Source of the DNA: Planctomycetota bacterium
GTDB lineage: Bacteria > Planctomycetota > GCA-002687715 > DRQF01
Length of the DNA stretch: 30,386 nt
Direction of reading: 5' to 3'
Assembly: GCA_027001995.1 (NCBI GenBank)
Contig: JALTLO010000049.1
Location: forward strand, 18,253-48,638
Positions 1 through 8,919 of the stretch are shown here, piece after piece; the stretch's first letter is position 1, and each line of letters starts with the position of its first letter. The position numbers and the translations under genes are program-made. Under the pieces are notes generated by a model, which was given only the letters and a program-made list of their open reading frames with translations, did no database searches and was not told the DNA's origin.

Positions 1-303
1 GCCGACGACAATTTCTTCGCTTTGACAAGAGCCAGGGTCGAATTGCCCAAGGCGACGACAAATGGGCCGGTACGTTTGGCTATTTTCCTCAACTTCCCGT
101 TTGAAAAAGGATGCGTCGTGAAGTTCCAAGCCGGCTCTTGGTCCCAAACAGTCAGCCAAACTCCAGCGATACCGGCCGACCCAATCATCCTTGAAGTGCC
201 GGATAGCGCTTCACAACAGCGATTACTTCTTTCAGTGATTCGCGGAAACCCCGCTGACATCCGTTTCGCCGGTGTTGTCACAATTCTTCTCGGAGTCAAA
301 TGA
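1..303 (+). CDS. C-terminal fragment of a hypothetical protein (runs off the left edge)
   Basis: Frame is open from base 1 (ADDNFFALTRARVELP...) to TGA at 301-303; no recognisable motif. Confidence 0.6.
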   Translation, partial: ADDNFFALTRARVELPKATTNGPVRLAIFLNFPFEKGCVVKFQAGSWSQTVSQTPAIPADPIILEVPDSASQQRLLLSVIRGNPADIRFAGVVTILLGVK

Positions 304-308
304 TGCTG

Positions 309-324
309 AGGCACGAACATTGCA
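309..324 (+). promoter_or_regulatory. sigma54 (RpoN) -24/-12 promoter of the porin gene
   Basis: AGGCACGAACATTGCA matches TGGCACG-N4-TTGC with exact GG-N10-GC spacing (GG 310-311, GC 322-323); intergenic, ~95 nt upstream of ATG 418. Confidence 0.7.
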
Positions 325-417
325 ATAGGCGGCATGAGCACGTGCGGATCATAGAAGGATCTATGACCAGACTGCTTCACTCATCGGTCGAAGGGATCGA
401 TAGATAAGGAGAGACAA

Positions 418-1869
418 ATGTTTCGTTATGCCACATTGGTCATGGTTTTCATCTTGGCTTCCGTTGGGCTCCAAGCTCAATCAAGTTCCCAAGGTGAACT
501 CATGGATCGCCTTCGAGCGATGGAAGAAAAGGCTGCAGCCCGAGATGCACAAATTGCTGATCTGAAGCAACGTCTCGGAGACTATGAAGCTGCGAATCTT
601 GAGAACAACGAGCTTGAGACCCTGTTGAACGGTATCTTGGAGGACAATGGTCCCACAGTAGACACACCCAAATCAATCTCCCTCAAGGTCGGCGGTCAGC
701 TTCGCTATCGCGGCGAATTTAGAACCGTCAAAAACTATGCTGGAGGGGTTCAGGAAGATACAGATTTCGTCATTCAAAGAACCCGTCTTCACTTTGACTT
801 TAGCGTCATGAAGAACGTACGCGCCTTTGTTCAGCTTCAAGACTCGCGTTTCTGGGGTGAAGAGAATTCCACAGTTGGCGATTTGGAAGGTGTGGACATT
901 CACCAAGCCTACGTCGATTTCGAAAACGTATTCGGCCATGATTGGACCTTCCGAGTTGGCCGCCAAGAATTGAGTTATGGCGACCAACGCCTAGTGAGTC
1001 CCTTGGACTGGAGTGCTGTTGGGCGCTCCTGGGATGGTGTGCGCACTTGGTACACCACTGAGGACTTTCAATTGGATTTGTTCGTCACCAACATTTCTGA
1101 GCGCAGTCTTGCTCCAAACGGCGAACAAGACGACGATCATGTTTTCTCTGGTATCTACTTCCACTTCACTGGATGGGAGAACCACGAGGTCGACGCATAC
1201 CTCTTCTACCGGAATTTCTCCTCTGGAACATTCGTCGGTGAAGATGGCGTCTTAGGTGACCGTGATGAATTTACATTCGGTCTGCGATTCAAGGGTCATA
1301 CCGGTGGCTTCAGTTACAGTGCCGAAGGCGATTACCAGTTCGGTAACAATGCCAACGATGACATCGAGGCTTATGCCTGGGCTCTGAAAGCTGGATATAC
1401 CTTCGGTGGCGACTGGAAGCCTCATGTGGGCCTCGAATGGGACTTCGCATCTGGTGATGACGACCCGACTGATGGAGACGCCGGGACGTTCAACCCTCTC
1501 TATCCTTTTGGTCACGCCTACCAAGGATTCTTGGACATCTTCGCTTGGCGTAACGGTCACGACTTCGTCTTCCGTGTCAATGCTCAACCCACAGAAGAAC
1601 TGTGGATCGAAGCTGCAGTCCACTACTTCCTCTTAGATTCGGACACAGACTCCTGGTACAACGCAGCCGGTAACCCAATTCGCACCGTCGGCGGTGGAGT
1701 CAGTAACGAAGTTGGCACTGAAATCGACATTCATGCCAAATACAAACTTAACCCTTCGACGCTTCTTTGGATTGGCTACAGCCACTTCTTCTCTGGCGAT
1801 TACGTCTCCGACACCGGGGACGACCCAGACGTAGATTGGGTTTACTTCCAAATGACCGTCAACTTCTAA
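418..1869 (+). CDS. Alginate export (AlgE-like) family outer-membrane beta-barrel protein
   Basis: RBS AAGGAGAG; signal peptide; motifs GQLRYRGE, QRTRL, QLQDSR, GRQELSYGDQRLV, DW..VGRSWDG, ASGDDDP..G..GTFNPLYP.GH; C-terminal Phe (YFQMTVNF) typical of BAM substrates. Confidence 0.85.
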   Translation: MFRYATLVMVFILASVGLQAQSSSQGELMDRLRAMEEKAAARDAQIADLKQRLGDYEAANLENNELETLLNGILEDNGPTVDTPKSISLKVGGQLRYRGEFRTVKNYAGGVQEDTDFVIQRTRLHFDFSVMKNVRAFVQLQDSRFWGEENSTVGDLEGVDIHQAYVDFENVFGHDWTFRVGRQELSYGDQRLVSPLDWSAVGRSWDGVRTWYTTEDFQLDLFVTNISERSLAPNGEQDDDHVFSGIYFHFTGWENHEVDAYLFYRNFSSGTFVGEDGVLGDRDEFTFGLRFKGHTGGFSYSAEGDYQFGNNANDDIEAYAWALKAGYTFGGDWKPHVGLEWDFASGDDDPTDGDAGTFNPLYPFGHAYQGFLDIFAWRNGHDFVFRVNAQPTEELWIEAAVHYFLLDSDTDSWYNAAGNPIRTVGGGVSNEVGTEIDIHAKYKLNPSTLLWIGYSHFFSGDYVSDTGDDPDVDWVYFQMTVNF

Positions 1870-1880
1870 GACAGAACCGT

Positions 1881-1914
1881 GAGGGGCGCACCACAAAGTG
1901 CGCCCCTCCCTTTT
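1881..1914 (+). terminator. Rho-independent terminator after the porin
   Basis: 11-bp stem GAGGGGCGCAC / GTGCGCCCCTC, loop CACAAA, followed by CCTTTT. Confidence 0.8.
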
Positions 1915-2359
1915 GCCACAACCCGCAGCGATGCACACACCTCACTTCGCCCTAATTTGGTTGATTCAGAATCGCTTGAGAACTGCCTGAAAGAAAATTC
2001 TCAACGCACAGTCCTTAAGGCTTCAAGAAAATCCTCTTGATTGCGAGGAATCAGCACGGGAGGCCGCGGTTCGTTCTTCAAGACTTCAAAATAGCAATCG
2101 CCCACAGGCCTTTTCCATGTTGATGATGAACCTGACCCGCCTTGGGATTCTCTCACCAAGTCGAAGGTACTTTGTCCAAGAGCCCGCGAGCTGGACCGTC
2201 ATTGTCGACGAATGCCACGATGGCATCCGCCGCTGGCATACCGGTAGCTTCATTTGACACTCGAATTCGAAGGCCAGGACCGCGCATCCGCCTCCTCTTA
2301 GTGTTAGGATGCCGTCCACAAATAAGACCTGAGAATGAAACACACAGGGAGTTCCAGAA

Positions 2360-4921
2360 ATGCAAGAGGTCGACGCAGCCGCCAGACCAAAAAGATTGGG
2401 ACCATTGGCATGGGCAACATTCATTCTCGTCTTGTTGTTCGCCACTTGGAATTCCATCATCACAGCCTTGATCTTGCCCATGGGCGCTGGCCCCGATGAG
2501 CACACCCACTTGGACCACATCATCTTCCTGGCTACCGAACACCGTCTGCCGAAAATGGAATCAGACCGAGTCGGCCAAATTCAACATCCCCCTTTACCCT
2601 ATGCCATAGACGCTCTGTTCTTTCATGGCTTTCAAAAATTTGCCCCTCAGCCGACGGATGGATCTAATCTCGTTGATCACCCTGGAGACTTTTTGGGTCG
2701 CAGAACCGTGTTTAACCCAAACGCTTCATTCGACAATCTGGGACGTGTGCCCAAGGGACCGAAATCCGCCCACCGAAAAATCATGAACAAGACGCAACAC
2801 TGGTCTTTTTATGGACTTCGGGGGATCTCCGTGCTCCTGGGTATCGGCACAGCTTTTTTCTTGCTCTCATGTTTGAGAACCGTCTTCCCCAATTCCGGGA
2901 ACTTAGTGGTCGCAGCATGCTGTGCTCTCTTGCTGCTGCCCAGTTGGAGTATGCACTTCGCCGTCATCTCCAACGATCCGTGGATGACGTTCTTCGGCGC
3001 CTGGCTCTGTGCTTTCGCCTTGAAGAAACGCAGAGAAAACCGTCTTCTGTCCACCCAATCCCTCATCCGTTTAGGCCTGCTCTTAGCTCTTTGCCTGCTC
3101 ACGAAACTCCATGTTGTTGGTGTGCTTGTTTTCGTTTCTCTCTTGATCGTGCAGGCGAAGCAGGAAGCCCCTCGCCTTTCCCAACGTCTTCTTGCCTTGG
3201 GAAAACTGGCTGCTGCGCCCATCTTCTTGGGGGGCTGGTGGCATCTGCGCCAGATCCTCGCTAATGGCGGTTTTTTGGCTCTTGATTATCACGCCCAGCA
3301 TGAGCCCTTTCTCCTACGCCTCCAAGGTCAACATTGGGTGGATCTCTTGGTCATTCCCTATCAGTTGGCAGAGTCCTTCATCGGTGTTGTCACAGCGGCC
3401 AATCTCAGTGCACCACAAATATTCTTCTTGCCAAGTTTGGCTTTAGCAACGTTATCACTCATGGCGTTCCTCTTGGTCCGACAGAAAGAACGTTTGGGGC
3501 ACAAACAGCAGCCTAATGACGGGCTCCCTGTTCCTTCAGGTTCAGCAATCTTAGCTCTCCTCACCCTCTTGGGTGCGATACTGATTGCCAATCAACACTA
3601 CCACCACATCCATGGCCGCTACTTCTTCGCTGCCCTCATTCCTTTGATGATCGTCTTGATCGATGGAATCAAGAAACTCACCAACAGCCGGGCCCAACTG
3701 TTGTTCACCACGGTAGCTCTGGCGAATTTCGCATTCGCCGTCTTTACTCTTTACATCACCGTCTTTCATTACTATTCCATTTCAATCGATAAAGTGAACC
3801 GAGGGCACGTTGTTGCTTACTTCGATTGTGGCCATTCCCAGTTTGACGATCGACTCGCTGGAGGATCCACCTTCCTCAGAGCCCATCCGAGTCTCTATGA
3901 TCCCCTGGATAGCCAACGATTAAGTGTCGACGATAAGATGGCTTACAGGATCAAATTGCCGGATGCTCAAAAGAAGTATCAGGTGCGCCTTTCTTATCCA
4001 GCCCCCTTGGGAGAGGGACGAGGAGAAGTCCCACGCCCAACAGGCATCAGTCTCTACGCCGATGAAATATTGGTGCACGGGCCTTTGAGCCTTTGGCCAA
4101 CAATGGGACAGCAGGTTCACCCTCTCCCCCTGGAAGCGACAAAAGACGGAGAAGTCACCTTAACTTGGAAAAACACAGCTCCTGGGGCTGTGGGCGTTTC
4201 CGTTTCGGAGATTTGGATAGAAGAATCTTGGATCTCTTTAGAAGACTTACACTTGGAAAGACGAGGGCAAACCGTCGTTTTCATTTTAGGGAACCTTGAC
4301 CAGAAGGCAGGGCACCAAGTGGCCATTCACGTGAAGGCGAAAGGCAAGAGTTTAGCAGAAGACAAAGTTTGGCTGGCCACTTTGACACGATCTGAAAGGA
4401 AGAGTTTTCGTTTCGACCTGGACAAAGCCTACGAACCGAAGGAGATCGAAGTCATCTTGGTGGCCACAGACCGCTCCGACTTCGTGAACGTAAAACTGGG
4501 CTACTATGGTATTGGTTTGAGTCAAAAAAGTGGCAGCCCACGCTCACCCGGGTTGGTCACGCTACGGGTCCCCCCAGGTCAACCCGCCAACAGCCCTGTC
4601 GCCCAAGTGATTTTTCCTGATTGCCCAGCCCTCTACTTCAATGTCCACTGTGGCCTACTCAGCACAGGCAACCCCTTTGAGAGCGGCCAACTGGTCATGA
4701 AATCCCCAAGCGACTTGGGTTCCTTTGATCAGCAGGCCAAGAAGCTGAAGAACGGCGTTTTCTTAGCAAGCACCACCATGGCTACCCATGGGGAGCCCTT
4801 CCAACTTGACATTCGAATTGGAGAGAATCTGAAAACGGAAATCGAAATCGACCGTCTCATGATTAGCCCCAATGTCGTCGACCCACGGTGGGGTCAAAAC
4901 TATCGCATCCAGGCACCCTAA
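2360..4921 (+). CDS. Polytopic membrane protein, DUF2142 / GT-C (PMT/ArnT-like) glycosyltransferase with a C-terminal soluble beta-rich region
   Basis: First TM followed by PDE..H motif (GPDEHTH), QHPPLPY, SND, many hydrophobic segments, HGRYFF loop; ~380-aa soluble C-terminal part; RBS GGGAG. Confidence 0.65.
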   Translation: MQEVDAAARPKRLGPLAWATFILVLLFATWNSIITALILPMGAGPDEHTHLDHIIFLATEHRLPKMESDRVGQIQHPPLPYAIDALFFHGFQKFAPQPTDGSNLVDHPGDFLGRRTVFNPNASFDNLGRVPKGPKSAHRKIMNKTQHWSFYGLRGISVLLGIGTAFFLLSCLRTVFPNSGNLVVAACCALLLLPSWSMHFAVISNDPWMTFFGAWLCAFALKKRRENRLLSTQSLIRLGLLLALCLLTKLHVVGVLVFVSLLIVQAKQEAPRLSQRLLALGKLAAAPIFLGGWWHLRQILANGGFLALDYHAQHEPFLLRLQGQHWVDLLVIPYQLAESFIGVVTAANLSAPQIFFLPSLALATLSLMAFLLVRQKERLGHKQQPNDGLPVPSGSAILALLTLLGAILIANQHYHHIHGRYFFAALIPLMIVLIDGIKKLTNSRAQLLFTTVALANFAFAVFTLYITVFHYYSISIDKVNRGHVVAYFDCGHSQFDDRLAGGSTFLRAHPSLYDPLDSQRLSVDDKMAYRIKLPDAQKKYQVRLSYPAPLGEGRGEVPRPTGISLYADEILVHGPLSLWPTMGQQVHPLPLEATKDGEVTLTWKNTAPGAVGVSVSEIWIEESWISLEDLHLERRGQTVVFILGNLDQKAGHQVAIHVKAKGKSLAEDKVWLATLTRSERKSFRFDLDKAYEPKEIEVILVATDRSDFVNVKLGYYGIGLSQKSGSPRSPGLVTLRVPPGQPANSPVAQVIFPDCPALYFNVHCGLLSTGNPFESGQLVMKSPSDLGSFDQQAKKLKNGVFLASTTMATHGEPFQLDIRIGENLKTEIEIDRLMISPNVVDPRWGQNYRIQAP

Positions 4922-5052
4922 GATGTCGGAAACCGGAAATTGTTACAATTCTCGCCAGTCTCAATGAACTGACGATAAGGCTTGCGAAAATCGGGGGTTC
5001 TTGCCAAATTGCTTGTCGGAGGTTTCTCCCCCACCAAGGGGAAGCACTTCCT

Positions 5053-5126
5053 GGGCCCTTAGCTCAGTTGGTTAGAGCTGGGAACTCATAATTCCTAGGT
5101 CGCAGGTTCGAGTCCTGCAGGGCCAA
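5053..5126 (+). tRNA. tRNA with CAT anticodon, most likely tRNA-Ile2 (lysidine-modified); no encoded CCA
   Basis: Cloverleaf: acceptor GGGCCCT/AGGGCCA, D arm GCTC/GAGC, anticodon arm GGGAA-CTCATAA-TTCCT, T arm GCAGG-TTCGAGT-CCTGC. C4-G69 and C5-G68 pairs are TilS determinants; it lacks the three G-C pairs of initiator tRNA anticodon stems. Confidence 0.9.
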
Positions 5127-5132
5127 GAATTC

Positions 5133-5180
5133 AAAAACAGCAAAGCCCAATATCGCAGTCGATGTTGGGCTTTGCTTTTG
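5133..5180. terminator. Probable bidirectional intrinsic terminator between the tRNA and the globin gene
   Basis: 17-bp stem AGCAAAGCCCAATATCG / CGATGTTGGGCTTTGCT (one G-U) with an A-run on the left and a T-run on the right, between convergent genes. Confidence 0.8.
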
Positions 5181-5219
5181 CTGATTCGAGGGGCGAGAAG
5201 CCACCATGCGGGCCAAGCT

Positions 5220-5597
5220 CTAAGCGGGGATTCTGCCCAGGACGGCGTCTCGGACAGATTCAGCGATTTCAGCTGCTTCGCCAATGAGTTCCGCTGGGAC
5301 TCCCAATTCTGAGAGGGTCTCACCGAGATTTTCCATCACCGCGTCAAAATGTTCGTCGCTGAGTCCCATGTCCTCAACGAGAGTCTCATGAGCATCTTCC
5401 ATATCGCGGCCGGGATAGTCCTGAGGACCACCAAAAGCCATAGTTAAGAACTTCTCCTGGAGCATGGCCTGCCGCTCCATATCAGTCCCATCGAAGAAAT
5501 GACTGATACGATCGTCATCCAGGACTTTGACATAGAACAATTCAATGGCTGCATGCATTGCAGCCTCACCACCAATTCTGTCGAATAACGAGCTCAT
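5220..5597 (-). CDS. glbN: Group 1 truncated hemoglobin (trHbN/GlbN family)
   Basis: SLFDRIGG, FY.KVL.D.RI..FF, Q..FL..AFGGP..Y.GR.M..AH (proximal His), HFDAV; RBS AGGAGAG. Confidence 0.92.
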   Translation of the reverse strand: MSSLFDRIGGEAAMHAAIELFYVKVLDDDRISHFFDGTDMERQAMLQEKFLTMAFGGPQDYPGRDMEDAHETLVEDMGLSDEHFDAVMENLGETLSELGVPAELIGEAAEIAESVRDAVLGRIPA

Positions 5598-6001
5598 TGA
5601 ACTCTCCTCAAAACTCTAAGTTTGCTCGGGACCATCTCACGAGAGATTCTCCCGCAACATGTTTCTTTCGGTTTTGCGCCAACGCTCTTCCCAAGTATGG
5701 ACATGGGAAAACGGGGGGAGAGAGGCACTCAGGGCATTTTCGACACATTCTCCAAGCAAACATTATATATTGCAGAAGAAACCACCTCCGTGTCCACAAC
5801 TCCTGATATTGCAGAAGTTTGGCTCATTTTTGAATGATTTATTTTTCTAAGTAATGTTCATAAAATATTGGCTATGAGACTCAAAGATGGGCTTATGAAT
5901 TAATACCCCCTGTTAATTCTCTGCAGAATCTGTAATTTGCCCAGACTCGTGGAGCCCATCTCCCCGATTCTTGCCACTGATCACGATAGCCGAGTATTCG
6001 A

Positions 6002-6976
6002 ATGCTGAGATCGATCGCGACCTTGATACTGATTCTCCATGTCTCTGCGTTCGGACAGGGAACACCCGTCGCTTTGGACTTGGCAGTCGAGGCCGCAGGA
6101 CCGTACGACACGGCCAATTGGGCAACCCGTGTCAACAACGCCAACTTGATCGACTTACTTTCGACAAACTCCATTTCCAGTCCTGTTCTGGCACCGGGCA
6201 ATCCTTTGGGATGGGCCCTTGCCAACTTCTATCGCCTACGCTGGAATCGGGCGGTCAACCGCTTGGGCACCCCTTTTGCTGGGTCCACTTCGAAACTCCG
6301 TCTTACCCACCTCTACAGCTCATCGTGGATCATTGAGAACAGTGGCTTGACTTGGGGAATCGACGTGGTCGAAGGACCGTTCGGCAATTACGGATTTGCG
6401 GGCAGCATCACCATGACAGAAGTGTTTGCCATGGCGAACAAACTGGATGCCCTATTCGTCACGCATTCGGACTCTGACCACCTCAGCACCTCCCTCGCCG
6501 TCGCCATGCTTTTACTTGGCAAACCTGTAATCTGCTCAATCGACTTAGGTGCTGTTGCCCTGGCCTTGGGCGCCCCCCCTTCCCTGGTCGAAATCCCGCG
6601 AACTGGATATCGCGGCGTTTTAACTGCAAACGGCTTGATAAAATATTCCGTCTACAACGGCAAACAGCGTGTCGGCACACCGACGGTGGTCGACTGCAAC
6701 GCCTATGCGTTCGATACCAATACTGGACAAACCATCATCCATGGTGGTGACGTCGAAGACCCAGGCTTTGCCACTCACATCATGAGCGCGAATTGGTACG
6801 CCGACTTCCTCCTAAACCCCAGCACATCTTACGTCCCACACAACTATCAATTCCTGAGCCACGAACTTGAATACACCCATTTCGGCTCAGCTCTCCTCAA
6901 GCTCAATATGCCAACAGTCGGGCCCTGTCCTCCAAGTCGCTTCGTCCTGATCTGGGGTGAAGCGGTCGAGTTCTGA
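6002..6976 (+). CDS. Secreted MBL-fold metallo-hydrolase-like protein
   Basis: Signal peptide; LTHLYSSSWIIE...ID, LDALFVTHSDSDH (variant HxHxDH), IIHGGD, late HE. Confidence 0.65.
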   Translation: MLRSIATLILILHVSAFGQGTPVALDLAVEAAGPYDTANWATRVNNANLIDLLSTNSISSPVLAPGNPLGWALANFYRLRWNRAVNRLGTPFAGSTSKLRLTHLYSSSWIIENSGLTWGIDVVEGPFGNYGFAGSITMTEVFAMANKLDALFVTHSDSDHLSTSLAVAMLLLGKPVICSIDLGAVALALGAPPSLVEIPRTGYRGVLTANGLIKYSVYNGKQRVGTPTVVDCNAYAFDTNTGQTIIHGGDVEDPGFATHIMSANWYADFLLNPSTSYVPHNYQFLSHELEYTHFGSALLKLNMPTVGPCPPSRFVLIWGEAVEF

Positions 6977-7044
6977 TTCAAGTAAATCCCCATAGCTGCA
7001 ACCGCCTAACCGACTAGAAACCCAGACCTTTGCCCGAATATCCA

Positions 7045-7084
7045 CACCCCAACTCCTTACGCTGGGTTGGGGTGCGATTTTTTG
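7045..7084 (+). terminator. Probable intrinsic terminator after the MBL-fold gene
   Basis: Stem CACCCCAACTC / GGGTTGGGGTG (one G-U) with 8-nt loop, then CGATTTTTT. Confidence 0.55.
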
Positions 7085-7150
7085 CCTTCGACTTCACTTC
7101 CACAGGAAACTTCCGGTATCATGCGGCTCACCCAACAAGGACGGTTACCC

Positions 7151-8890
7151 ATGCCACTGTATCGCCACAACACTCCCTACGCTGCTCTAGTCGCACTTAC
7201 GTTATTTCTCATGGCCGCTTGCTCCGACAACAGCTCAAGAGACAGAAACAATGAGGAGCCAATCGGTGGAGCGTTCGCTCCGATTCTTCACCCCAACCCC
7301 AACATGGATGAGGTTGAAGAACTCAGTGAACAGGTCGCGAACCGATTGATCGAGTTTTCTTATCGGCTAAAAGAACGTGACCTTAGGGGAGCATCAGCAT
7401 ATGTTTCTCCCACCATTGAAGGAAGTTCCCTCGCACAAGGAACGGTCACCGGCGACATCTCTCTTCCGCTCAACAGTAAGCAAGTGATTCGTGAGGTGTC
7501 TGAGAAACTCCCCCCCTTTTCTCGGGACGAATTCCTTGGGGCACTCGACCAAACTCTGGCCACCTTCACGACACTCGACTATGTGTTCTTTAAGACCAGG
7601 GGAGCTGAGTTCAATCGAAATGGTGATCGAGCTATCCTCAAGATGACTGCTTCGCTCATTGGAAGCAATCACAATGGCGGAAGACGCTCTCTCTATGCCT
7701 GGGCCGACGCCGCTGCCAGCCTTTCTGACGACGGTTGGATCCTCACCGGTTTTTCCGTGCGCAAAACCCGTGCGAAGGAGTGCCAGAAACCTCTTTTCAA
7801 AGAAGTAGCCACTGCTGCAGGTATCGCCGTCGATGGACCGCGAATCGGAACTGAGGGAAACGATCGTTTTTATTGGCGAGGATCAAGCGCCGCAGACTTC
7901 GACGGTGATGGTCTCATCGACATTTTCAGCTCCGGTTTCAAGAGGAACTTTCTTTATCGCAACAAGGGTGATGGATCCTTTGAGGAAGTAGCCGAGGCGT
8001 CTCAAGTTGCTCAACCTTCAGGCCCCACATCGACGATTTTCTTCGATTTCGATCGAGACGGTGATCAAGATCTCCTTCTGGGTTTCGTCGGTTGGGAAGA
8101 AGATGGCTTGCCCTTGGGCGACAGCCTTCATTTGCTCCGTAACGACGGCGGCACTTTCGTCGATGTCAGCCAAGAGGTTGGGCTCAACAATTTCCGGGGA
8201 CCGACATTCTCATCGATTGTCGGTGATTTCGACAACGACGGCTGGTTAGACATTTATGTGTGCAACTACGAGAGACTGGATGCCGCTTACCCGGACTCCT
8301 GGTTCGCCGCTACCAATGGTAGTGAAAACTTCCTTCTCATGAATCACAAAGGAAAATCGTTCACCAACGAAGCCCGAGAGCGTGGCATCACCGGCAGTCA
8401 TTGGACTTTTGCAGCCGCTGCTGCGGACTTCGATGAAGATGGCGACTTAGATATCTATTCCGTGAATGACTATGGAGTGAACGCCCTTTTTGTCAACGAC
8501 GGTACTGGGAATTTCAGCGATCAAGCCAAGCAATTTGGTGTTCTAGACTGTGGCAATGGCATGGGTACCTCCTGGGCCGACTTCAACGGTGACGGCAAGC
8601 TAGACCTTTATGTCTCCAATATGTCGTCATCCGCAGGAAAGAGAATCTTGAGACGTTTGGCCGCTCAAGAGAAGGCACAGGGCGTGCAAAAGACTCTCTA
8701 CAAATTGGCCGCAGGCAACAGCATCTTCATCAACACCGGAAAAACATTCCAAGCAAATCCAGAAGCACTGGGAGGTCGGAGTGCTTCATGGGCGTGGAGC
8801 CCTGTCATCTTCGATGCGAACTTGGATGGCCACGATGACATCTATGTTGCCAATGGCTTCATCTCTGGAGATTCCCTCAAGGACACCTGA
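7151..8890 (+). CDS. FG-GAP/VCBS-repeat lipoprotein (CRTAC1-like); probably the N-terminal part of a UGA-readthrough selenoprotein 7151..10000
   Basis: Preferred start ATG 7151 (AAGGA upstream) gives a signal peptide with lipobox MAAC; repeated DFDxDGxxD Ca-binding repeats; ends abruptly at ANGFISGDSLKDT-TGA. Confidence 0.85.
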   Translation: MPLYRHNTPYAALVALTLFLMAACSDNSSRDRNNEEPIGGAFAPILHPNPNMDEVEELSEQVANRLIEFSYRLKERDLRGASAYVSPTIEGSSLAQGTVTGDISLPLNSKQVIREVSEKLPPFSRDEFLGALDQTLATFTTLDYVFFKTRGAEFNRNGDRAILKMTASLIGSNHNGGRRSLYAWADAAASLSDDGWILTGFSVRKTRAKECQKPLFKEVATAAGIAVDGPRIGTEGNDRFYWRGSSAADFDGDGLIDIFSSGFKRNFLYRNKGDGSFEEVAEASQVAQPSGPTSTIFFDFDRDGDQDLLLGFVGWEEDGLPLGDSLHLLRNDGGTFVDVSQEVGLNNFRGPTFSSIVGDFDNDGWLDIYVCNYERLDAAYPDSWFAATNGSENFLLMNHKGKSFTNEARERGITGSHWTFAAAAADFDEDGDLDIYSVNDYGVNALFVNDGTGNFSDQAKQFGVLDCGNGMGTSWADFNGDGKLDLYVSNMSSSAGKRILRRLAAQEKAQGVQKTLYKLAAGNSIFINTGKTFQANPEALGGRSASWAWSPVIFDANLDGHDDIYVANGFISGDSLKDT

Positions 8891-8919
8891 AGTGTCTACT
8901 GGCGCCACGTTGTGGCGTC
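8888..8919 (+). promoter_or_regulatory. In-frame UGA plus putative bacterial SECIS hairpin
   Basis: TGA 8888-8890; 8-bp stem GGCGCCAC (8901-8908) / GTGGCGTC (8912-8919), apical loop GUU starting 18 nt after the UGA. Confidence 0.7.

Noticed and set aside
5627..5654. Imperfect hairpin upstream of the globin gene as a riboswitch or thermometer
   Set aside because: It does not include the RBS and matches no aptamer I recognise.
5053..7000. Genomic island integrated at the tRNA
   Set aside because: No integrase, and I saw no duplicated tRNA 3' end (att site) in the window.
8888..8890. Genome-wide UGA reassignment (Trp/Gly; codes 4/25) as the explanation of the internal TGA
   Set aside because: Other genes here end in TGA at natural C-termini, including the coupled ATGA overlap at 21776-21779, and Trp is encoded by TGG in the genes read.
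8890..8912. Frameshift pseudogene between the two FG-GAP ORFs
   Set aside because: Both ORFs are in the same frame and no other lesion is visible. A simple nonsense mutation is not excluded but does not explain the correctly placed hairpin.
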